Below are positions 38,641 to 50,300 of a stretch of DNA of 64,000 bases, piece after piece. This stretch comes from Chrysomallon squamiferum. Taxonomy: Eukaryota > Animalia > Mollusca. The stretch spans positions 17,422,001-17,486,000 of the forward strand of contig CM022665.1 of the NCBI GenBank assembly GCA_012295275.1, read 5' to 3'. How positions within the stretch are numbered: the stretch's first letter is position 1; each line of letters begins with the position of its first letter. The notes beneath the pieces are model-generated. The model searched no databases, had not been told where the DNA came from, and was given only the letters and a program-made list of their open reading frames with translations. A program made the position numbers and the translations under genes.

Positions 38641-41600
38641 ATGAAAATGCTTAGGTTGTAGATTTCACATATGAAAATGGTTTACCTTGCTGACTCAACA
38701 AGTTCTTCCTTATCAGGAACCTCTCTCTGGACAAGAATGCCTCTGTTCATTTTGGCTGGATCAAGAGCCCAGTTTGAAATTCCAATAAAAGAAACCTTCA
38801 AAAAAAATTTGGAATCATTCCTTCCACCAAAATTGGAATTATTATAAAATTTATAATGGTGCATAGCAAAAATGTAAATAAAAATAATTTAGATTCAATT
38901 TTAATCATGAAATTGAAGAGTTAAATTGATACATTTATTTATACTCACTCTCTGATATTGCTCTGATCCATTTGTTTCCTCATGGAGATATAACATCCTA
39001 ACTTTTTATAATGATTTTAGTATAAAGAATTCAGCTAATAAAAATAAACATGAACAAATTAAAAGTTAAAAACCTTTTTGTAATCTTCTGGCTTTTCATC
39101 ACCCTGGCATCCATCTTCTAGCAGTGGGTGTAATGTCTGAAAAATGAAATACATTTAAAAACTAATGATATGTTAAGAATATTAAACTTGGCAAATACAT
39201 GTAGCTCACTTGTAGCATTTAATGAAGGTAATGTAAAAATATTAAAATACTATACAAACAGTTAACAAAATGAAAAATATTTATTAGATTTTATTATGTC
39301 TGTCAAAAATGTAACTGCAGACCAAAATATTAAACTTTTTATAAACCATCATTAAATCTGAAATTTAATATATACTTTGAGAGGCATGCGAACTGAATCT
39401 TCTGCCAGTCCCACTTCATCCAACACGACAACAGACACAAATCTGTCCAGATCTTTGTCTTTCTGAAACTGAGCACACTGTCGGAAAGTTCCCAAGATAC
39501 CTTCTGCTATGGACAAAGGACTACATTGAAATGATACCATCTGAGCCTAAAAATAAAGTTTTTCTATATAAATCCTTAAGTAATTAAGAAATTTAATAAT
39601 ATAACTGACGATACATAAAAAAAACAAAAAACACTTATTTTTAATATTTATTTTACAGTGATGTGTAAACTTACTTGCTTCAAATGCTTAAAAAGTTCAG
39701 TTCTAGCAGAATTGCCTTGCATTGCATCAGAAACAATAGTTTTGGCCAGCGATTTTGAGCTGCCAGGTTTGCCAACAAGAAACAATGGAATGCGTAACTC
39801 TATACAGATGATCATCATGAACAGGTTTTCTTTTAGAGCTTGGTTCTTGGCAATATTGTCTTCAAGTTGAACATTCTCAAGGAAAACATCTTGACATCTA
39901 TGGGTTGAGATAAATATATATATATATATATCTAGATATATATAGAGGATTTTAAAAAATATTATTATTTAATTTTCATTTAAATGAATTGGAGGAAAAT
40001 AAGGGAGAAAAAAAAAAAAAGAGCTATTTTACAAAATCATGAACTAAAGAAATATTGTTTAAACCAAATTTCTGTGTTTTATTTGTATATTTAATTTTAA
40101 CATGCCATTGATGGTTCTTTTTAATAAAAATGTTTTTGCATTACTTTGCTTTATTGTGTCCATAAACAACAAAGTACAGTCGACACATTAGGTTATGACA
40201 TAGACAACTAATTATTTATCTCAAGTTTGTAGTAAATAATCTTGTAGCTATTTATTTAATCAATGCAAAAATACTGAATAAACAATTGTCATTAAAAAAC
40301 ACAAAAATATTGACAACAATGAAAAAAGGTATTTCTCTCCAAAACATTTTCTTGTTAAAATGCATGCCACTTCACATTATATAAAAATTTCAGAAAAGTG
40401 TTTTAGTTTTCATACTTTATGTTTCTTAATAACACACAATCATTAAATTCTCATTTGATGCCAAAAAATATGTGTAAATGAAACTTCCTAATTAACTTAA
40501 AATATTCTACTGGCATCATTGGATTAAGAAAACAAAATAATTCACTTTGGAATATCTATTTTAACACATTTTTTATTCTGCAAGTTTTATCAGACTTTCT
40601 TATGGTCTTAGTAAAAAAATAATGTTATAAAGTAGTTTTCCTTTCACATTAAACTCATTTCAAAGAATGTCATACCAGCATTAAAATTAAAATTTGTTTA
40701 GCTGGTTTTAAACTGTTTTCTGTAACATCCTGATATACTAACCTTGTTATCACTTGAACAAACTGCTCCAGTCCATAAGGAAGATTGCAAGGATTTTGAA
40801 AAAACTGTGTTACATGTTCATCATAATCTTCTCTGCTTCTCAAAGAAGCTCGGTAACAGACACCAAGAGCCAAGATTAGTGACATTGTCAGATCATCAGG
40901 CCACTGAAAAGAAAAAAAAAGTGCTGAAGACTTTAAAAATTAATAACCTTTCATGCAGAAACATAACATCGTAATCTTATTAGATATTCATTTTTTTGCC
41001 TTTATTACAAAACTGACTGAGTCATACATTTGAATTTTGCATTTCTTCAATCTCCTGTTCTTCATCCTCATCAGAAGATGCCCAATCTTCATCCTCCTTT
41101 TCAAGTATGCAAGCTTCATCTTTCAGGTTTTCAACTTTTTCATCATATCAAACAAAATTCTGTTGTCCTCAGATTGCTGATAAAACCATGACATAACCAT
41201 GAGGACTCGCTCAACATCTCGCAGGCTTACAAAGCTGCATTCATCCTAAAATAATCATAAATTTTGTTTTCTTTCAGATGTAAATATAACAAACTATGGA
41301 CAAAATTAATGAGATGGAATGACAGAAAATTTTAAAAGATTTTTTATTATTACTATTTTGTCTTTAATAAAAGTAAGAAGTAATTATGGAAATCTGTTTA
41401 AAAATAAATAGCAATTTTTCTTCCTGGTAAACTAGGTTTGTGATCTGATTTTACATGGAAAATTCAATCAAAATTCTTAAATACTGATTAAATTTAACTT
41501 TTTAAATAATTATTCAAGCAATTAAAAAATAATGTACATAAAATCATTTACCAAAATACCTAACATTATTAAGTTCAATAAATATATTATTTCACCTTTT

Positions 41601-44600
41601 GATCCCTCATGAAATTTTGAGACTCTATTAATATTCTGCTGACAACTTGAACAAGTCCAGGGGATGGTGGCAGCATGTCATCATTAACCTATTTGAATGA
41701 AAGTGTAAATAAATGGATTCTTTGTTACTACTTTTTCAGCACTTGAATTTATCATATAAACAAAATAAGACAATTTATTAAATAAAATAATTTGTATATT
41801 AACTGAATGCTTACATAACGATTCACCATTTGTCTTATGTAGAGTTCTTCTACATTTGTGCTCAGTTGTCCAAAGTCCCAGACAAGTGGCAGCATGCTCT
41901 GTGGCAGTGGCTGTACCCGGTAAACAAGTCGCCGCATTGGAACACGACCTATCAGTAAAAATAAAACTGAATATCATTACTGAAGTCTCAAAATAGACAC
42001 TATCACATTTGCACACATTGTCAATCATTTCACACACAAAAAATCAGACCAAAAGACACAACAAATAAAATATAAAAGAAAACCTAAAAAGAAAATTAAT
42101 AAAAATGAATTGATCTGATAAAAATATTTCAGAAAAGGATATGTTGCACTTTTATTAATTGCATAATCAATAATTCTAAACATATGTTGGTTTTAGAAAA
42201 TAAAAAATTGTTACCCAAAATAAAAATCAATAATTTTTTAGAAAATTCATTTTTTAAGCCTGTCAGTTGTTTTTTTTATCAACATGATAACCAAGACCAG
42301 CTTTTTCAAGTCTCTGTATGAGTTCATTTTAGAATGCCTGAAGATTAAATAAATTTAATTTTATAAAACAGCCTTTTTAAAATGTTTTATTTTTTAATGA
42401 AGTTAAATCTATTATTACAAACAATAAAAATATTAATAAATTAATTTTAAAAATAAAAGCAAAATTATTAGATTTTAATTATCTGACATTTAATTAATTA
42501 GAATCTATGAAGGTGGTTTACATACTTCCTGTATGGATTGCATGCAGCTACTATTTTCAGTTTCTCTGACAGATGTAATGGCTGACCATCCATTGTTCCA
42601 TCACACATGATTTCCTTGATTAAACCAATAGCTTCTGTTGTGTTGGCCTCGTCAAAGAACAGAACAGTGTAGATGTGTTCATTGATTCGTGCGTTGGCCT
42701 GGGCCAGCCTTTCTGCTTTGTGGACTTTGTTGATGATATCTTCAGCAGTGGTACCACCGTGGACCTACATTTGTAGTCATATAAATGTTTGTGATTCATG
42801 CAAAATCCAATGATAATTTCATCTTTAAGAGTACATTGTTAAAGGCATTTATAAAGGTATGAAACATACTCAGTTTTTAATAATTATACCTGAAAGATTA
42901 ACTATATTAATTTCTAGATATGGTCTTAAACTGATCAGACAAGACAAATAAAACAAAGAGATACTAACCTTCATGATCACCATATTTTCAACTTCACTTC
43001 CTGGAGGAACTTGTAGTGAACATAAGAATTTGACCAGCCTGGTTTTTCCACATCCTGTTTCACCCATGATTAGCACAGGAATATTGCATCTGAATATTAC
43101 AAACATAATAATAATAATAGTTGCTGCTGTTGTTGTTGTTATTATTAGGTATGTAACTATGTTTAAAGTATTATTATTATCATTATTATTAGATGGGTTA
43201 ATATGTTTAAATTATTATTGTCATCATCATCATCATGAAAATATTATCACACAATATCAGTTACCTGAACCTCATGAAAATAGCAAGAATCTTTTTGACA
43301 TTATCAGTTGTCAGTTCATATGTTTGATCTGGGTCATAGAAATATTCAACTCCTGGCATAACACTGCAAAGTTTCTCCAAGCGTTGCAATCTAAAATAAA
43401 AAGCACAGAGTTACCAGGTAAAAATTAAGAATATGATTTCTTAATTGACTGGTTTCTTTCTGATAATACAATTTGGATATAACATTTATTTCAAAGATTT
43501 TTAAAATGTATATATAAAACTTTTGTTTCAGTTCATCACCAGACTAACCTTTGCAGTTGATCAAAATTTTCATTCAGGGGAACTCTGTTTCTGATGAGAC
43601 TATCTTGAAGATTCTTTGGCATAATTCCTTGTTCTAACACTTCCCCTGTTTGTTGGTCTATGAGATCTCCTGTGTTTCTGTTGATGTTAAATCCCAAGAA
43701 AGTCATTGTCTGTCCATCAGGATTGAAAAAAATGTATGGATGAGGACTGCAAAAATTAGAAAAAAGATTATTCCAAACTGAAAATAAATAATGCTTTATG
43801 CAAAGTATAATACTGGTCTCTCTTATGTATAAGCATCTATGAAAATAAAACACAACTAATAACAATAAATAATAAACATGTGGTGCATCTAATTCTGTTT
43901 AAAATAATTTTATGCTTACGATTTTTGTTGTAGCTGTTTGCTAAACAGTACTGTATAACTGACATCCTTCTAGTGGTATAGTACTAAGAAATTTATTAGT
44001 ACATAAAATATTTTGTCTTCATTTTAGTATTATTTGGATGAGTACATTAACAAATGTGCATTTAGTGCAACAGTGAATTTTTCTGATTCGTTATTAAATG
44101 TTTTTGATTTCTAAATTGAGATAGACATGCATGGCACAATGCTTAATGCAGATTACCAACCTGCTCTCCCAAGTCCGTCTCATCTGGAACTGTGAAATAA
44201 CTTCTTCTTCTTCATATTCCACAGGTGTTATGTCTTCTATTGGTGTTTCTTCACTCATGTTCAGAGAGCGTGTGGCAAAATCCTGCAACAGATAGGAACA
44301 AATCTAAGTAGTTTTGGCTTTATTATTTGTAATTTTTGAAATATTTATTCTACTGAGTACAGTTATCAGCTTAATATGTTACACTTTTTGTTAATATTTT
44401 AGAAAAAGTGTACTAAACAAAATTGATGCTCTAGATTAAATAAACAGCTCACTCAGTGATAATCACTCTTGTAAAAAACCTAACAAGCAAGAATTTTTAA
44501 AATAGCTATCTTTTATTCACAAGATAGAAACATAGAAAAATAAATCTACTTTTGCAACAGTTAGAAGTTCCATGGAATTGGAATATCATTTTTTGTAAAT

Positions 44601-45506
44601 TCTCAACAAAAATTCACAATTAATATTCTATTATTTAAGAACCAAAGCTGTTAATCAGGAAATCAATCTAAAAAAATGATTCTTTAAAAGGGAAAAGCCA
44701 TTTCAAGTTTTTTAGCCAGACATTCCACATATATTCCAGTTTATTTCTAATCAGCAATCACATATTTAAATATTAAGAAATCTTTTAATTTACTCACTCT
44801 TGACATCTGGATCAGGAAAACGGAGAACAAACTGTGAGAATCCTGGAAGATCATCCTGCAATTCTGGAGAACAGAAAACTGATCGTTCAAAGTCACACAA
44901 CTGTGTGTTCAGAAACCAGACAAAGTGATGAAGTTCTGCCCATGATGGATCAGGCACTCCACAGTGTCTAAAAAACAAAAACAACAACAGTGCAAGAGCA
45001 TGTGTATATGTTTGTTGGTGTCTGTATATGTGTTTTATGCATGTGTACATCTGAGGGTGTGTGTGTGTGTGCACACACACTAAAAATGTATTTATTCATT
45101 AAAAAGAAATTTACTTAACATGAAACATTTTAAAGATAGTTGTTCAAATTTTGATAAAATCTGTTATCTATCAATTTATCCAAAATAAAACTCAAACTAA
45201 ATAAATAAAGAAACATTAATAATAATTAAAAAAATTTTTTTTTTTTTTTTTTTTACATTTATCATTACATTAAAGGATGGTTAAAAAATTCATAAAAAAA
45301 TTTTAAGATCATAAAGAACAAATAAATACATATCAAATGTATTTTTGTATGTTTTCAAAAAAAAAAAAAAATGAAGACATTTTGCAACTGGGAAAAAAAT
45401 ACATACTCAGAAGTTGTTTGAAAAATATACAAAAATAATACATAACTAAAGACTGCTTTAAAATAATCTAAACAAGACACATTGTATATTTTTATTTTAT
45501 TTTATT

Positions 45507-45537
<31 letters not shown>

Positions 45538-47321
45538 TTTTTTTTTTTAAATGAATGACTATTAACCTTAGAAGTGTTTCCAGACAATGAGCTGGATCTC
45601 CTTGTGGTGTTGAAGGATTGATGTCACTAAAACTTGTTTTATTTTCCCATCTGAATAAATACTGGTATGGTCGCTGATAGACATCACTTTTGAACTCATC
45701 CAGATCAAACAACAAGTCATGCATCTCATAATCTAAGAAAAACAAAATCTAGTGAAATCATATTTTAAGTTTCATTTTACAGACTAAAAAAAAAAAAAAA
45801 AAAAAAAAATTCATCAACTTTCCATTAGAATTGTCATGATATAATTTATTAAAATTATATTTAAAAAGGCACAAATTAAATATACTTATGAAACATTATT
45901 AGAGTATTTCTTATAATATGCAACTGTAATTCACATTATGCAAATGTGATAAACAATATCATTTTTCTATTTTCTAAAAAGATCTCATTCTACTACTTTC
46001 GTTAGAGAATAGTACAAACCATCATTTGTGCTTCCATTAGTTAAAATTAGCAAACTGTCTTTTGGAGACCAACATGTAACATGAGGCAGAATTTCAAAAA
46101 TTGAATGTATCAGTCGTGCATTTGTCTTCTATGGAAATCAAAAATAAAAGACAGTTACCCTCAGCATAAATATAAAAAGGAAGATTATTTAATATCTGTT
46201 TAACAATAATAATACATAGACATTATTTTTAAATATGACTTTTTAGACAACATTCTGTATATAATTATTTAATTATTTATGATTTTTTCCTTTCTTTTAT
46301 ATTAAAATATAATTGCAATTTTTTTTTTTTTTTTTTTTTTTTTATATACTGTATTTCTAAATCAGTAATATTCCTCCTTCAACAGTTAGCCAAATTTAGA
46401 GAAAAATTTGTGTAAAATTATTTTGTATATTTCAAAATAAACTGAAAGATTAAAAATTAAAAAAATCCTATGAATGATAATAGAAAACAGTTAGTTTCAA
46501 TATCAATTGCATTTCCTCAAACTTTCATGCATAATGAACCCTGGCAGATTAAAAAATAGAGCATTGGTTAAATGCTTTTGAATGTTTTCAGGAATAAAAA
46601 AATAAAATAAAGAAGAGCTTCTGCAACTGAAATAAAAAGTAAGGAAGATACTGAATGCCAATAAATTAATCACCTGTTGATCTTTGAAATCAAAAATTGG
46701 AATAATCTCAACCAAATAAAGATTCATAGCAGAGCACAGCCAGATATATCCTTTTTCATTTGTCACTTTTCCCAAAATCAGAAGATTGAATAAAAGGTAA
46801 TCCAAGCCTTCCTGGACCTAAGAAAAAAAAATTATGAAAACCTGTACTATTGGAGAAAAACAAACAAATCAACTCATACAAAATAATTATATAAAAGTTT
46901 TAAATGTGAAAAGGGATACATAAAATTTAAAAAAAGAGCAAATTGTCAGTTATTTTTGAGAACTGTACCTCATATGATATGTTGAAATGAAATATTCTTG
47001 GAAAGGATTCACCAGGTTTCAGTGTGTAAGGTAACAGTTTGTTTGTAACTCTGTTCATCTCAACAGTTTTCTCATACAGAGAAATAGACACAGACACATC
47101 ATCTGATTTTGATTTGGGATTTAGCTGTTTTAATTCTTCAACTCTTCTTTTCTTGTACAATGTCTTTCCAACACCAGCTCTTTTGGATTTCACAACACGA
47201 ACTGTGGAGCTATAAAAATACAATAATAATCACCCAATCCTGAAACTAAAACAGTAGGTAAACAAGAGGTACAACAACAATATATTTTGTTTCCAAATAT
47301 GTGTGTGTGTGTGTGTGTGTG

Positions 47322-47383
<62 letters not shown>

Positions 47384-50300
47384 CATCAATTTGAAAGTTT
47401 TTATAAACTAAAAGGATGCATCTGAATTACCATCAGATTGTTAAAGTTCTGATCAGAAGGCCACACATTTTTTTTTCTTTTTCAATAAAAGATAGGTTAT
47501 CAATTTAGAATTTCAAATATTAATATTTATTTTATGTTCATTTCTCTTAAATTTAGTTTAACAAAACAATACTAAAATGTCTTTTAGTTTCAATATCAAA
47601 CAGACCTATAATCTGACAAGAGGAAGATTTCAGGGGCCTTATTTTAATAAATGGAATTATAACATAAAACTATTCTATGATAAAATATTATAGTTATATC
47701 TCAAAGAAAAAAGGGAATGCTTTGTTAATTTTGTGCAAAATCTATATATTTTATAACTTACATCTGAAATTTTTTATTCAATATCTTTATATATTATATA
47801 TATTTTAAAAATGATATGTATCATGAACCAGCAGACATTTAAAAAATGGCACATTTTGTACACCTTTGTATAATTTAAGTTTTAAAGTTTTCATTCTAAA
47901 ATGGTCTACATTATGAAAACCATGATATGTATTAATGTCAAAAGGTTGTACTGACCAATATTCTGATGATTATGTTTTAACAGAAATAATCATTGCAAGA
48001 AATTTTTATCTTTGTGATATTAGGATATTTCAAATCCTTTATCCTATGCATGCTTAATATAAGACAGATACATTTTTTTTTTTAAATTTACTTTCATAAG
48101 ACAGGCTAAAGAATGTAAACCACAGAAACAAAATACATATTGTTTTATGCAGTACATCTTAATTATAGCATTTCAAAACATACTTTGAGAAATCAACACA
48201 AGATGCAGGTTTTACATTTCTCTCATCATCGATTTCTCTGAATTTCTCAGTCAGATATTTCCATATTTCATTTAATTTGATCAGTGGAGGCTGACAACGA
48301 TGATGATCAAGAGCTGCAACTAGACGTGCTCGGTACTCATTCTCTGATGAGCAAAGAACAACTAGTTTGTAGTTTGAGTTTTTCTCTAAAAGAAAAAAGT
48401 ATATTAAACTTAAAGTCAAATTTTATCATTCAGTATTTCATTTCTTTGAATTTGATGATTCCACAGAAAAATCAATGACATTTCTGATAATCTTAACTAA
48501 GACATCTAAATAAATAAATATAGATTAATTTGTAAATACTAACACATCAAACACATCTGCTAACTGATAATGATATATTTTGTTATTACTTATTATAAAT
48601 AATCAGAGAGAAACAAACAGATCAGAGCATCCAAAAAGATATATAACAGGAAACTCAAGGATATTCTATAAAGTAGCATTTTATTTACAGAAATAATTAT
48701 TTAATTAACAGAATTCTGGTGAATACATAAAGAAACAAAACAATAAATTTTATTGCTGGTTATTTCCTGCAATCATTGTTACTGCTTATAAACAAATATC
48801 ATTCATGTTTTGTACAGATTGTTTCTACATAACAAATGGATAAAAATGCAATCAAATTGTGTTTAATTAAATCAAAAGTAATTTTACCATTTGCTTTGGC
48901 AATGTAGTCAATAAATTTCTTTTCTATTTTTTCTTCAATTTCATACTGAAGAAGATCAGCATATGCCAAACAATGAATTTTTCCTCTATTGTTGAAAAAT
49001 GCTCGTCTCAGGAAAATATCAACCTGTGAATAAATTAATCATTAAATTACAAAGTGACTTTTAACTATAAAACTTTATGAACAATGAAAATTCAGGCTGA
49101 GTCAAAACACTGCCTGATTTCTGTTTTTTCTGGGAAATCAAGTTGTTAATAACTGTCTTGCAGGTTATTAATTTATATGTTATTTATTTTTTACTGCAGG
49201 ATATTGCTATGAGTTTGAATTTACTGAATTTGCATCAAACTGAGCCAGATCAGGTGCAACTTCTGATTCATCTTATACAAATTCTTTACTCTCCACACAA
49301 AAGTTGTAAAACTGCAAGCACATTATTATAACATATCTTTCAAAATGTATAAAAGATCACTAAAATTTTAGTTAGTGATGATACCATAAAGCAAAGGAAG
49401 TATTAATAATTAAATTATCATTGCAATAAACTAAAAATCTCTGAAGACAATGAAAGAAAATTAGATACTTCATCAAAAGTGGTTTCAGGTGTGCACAATA
49501 AAACCTCATCAGGTCTAGGAAGTGGCTGATTAGAGTCCTCCATGTATATATGAAGCACTGCATTAAGAATGTCATCTATAAACGATAAATGGACAGTTAA
49601 TTACAAGATGTATTCATATATTTCATGTTTTATTTAGAGATCTGTTTTTCTTTTATACAAATGTTATGAACCTTACTCTCATCAAGAGATCACAATTTAT
49701 TAACTATTTAATATTATTATGTTAAGTACAAATTATGTGCAAATATTTTCTAAAATGACACATCAAAGAATCTATAGGAAAATACTGACTTAAACTAATA
49801 CTAAATATGTTAACATAATCTTGACTGTTTAGCTAATAATATTTATCTCACCTTACTTAACAAGACATATACTTACTTTTCTGGCAAACAATCAAGTTAG
49901 GAGTTTTTGCTTTCATTTGAACTGGAAGTTTCCTTTCTAAAGATTGGGATCCTATAAACAGCAAGTAAGTAAATAGTATTTAATACAGTTTTATGTATCT
50001 ATATAAACTGCAATTGTTTCATTCATAGTTTTGTTGCAATATAACATTAGAAACAGACTCAATATAATAAACAACATGTGACAAGAAAAAGGTATAATGT
50101 GATGCTAGATTCATTATTCTTGTAAGATCCACTGAATTATTAGTCTGAGTTCCAAGGCTAATATATAAAGGGATTTTCTTTCACTGATAATGTTTATTTA
50201 AAAGATTTCATGATGTTAGTTCGTATGAGTACCATATTAGTGTTTTTTAAATTTTGCAACTGAAATATATATATATATAATGCGTCATATCATTACTTTA

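Noticed and set aside
42973-43428. 151-aa plus-strand ORF with poly-His and hydrophobic runs
   Set aside because: Antisense shadow of two RNF213 exons plus intronic trinucleotide repeats; no independent gene signals.
41141-44820. The +1 (44817) and -1 (41145) indels compensating each other, or programmed frameshifting
   Set aside because: The shifted frame hits TGA in exon 44161-44282, the exons between keep conserved Walker motifs only in the original frame, and no slippery-site structure is evident.
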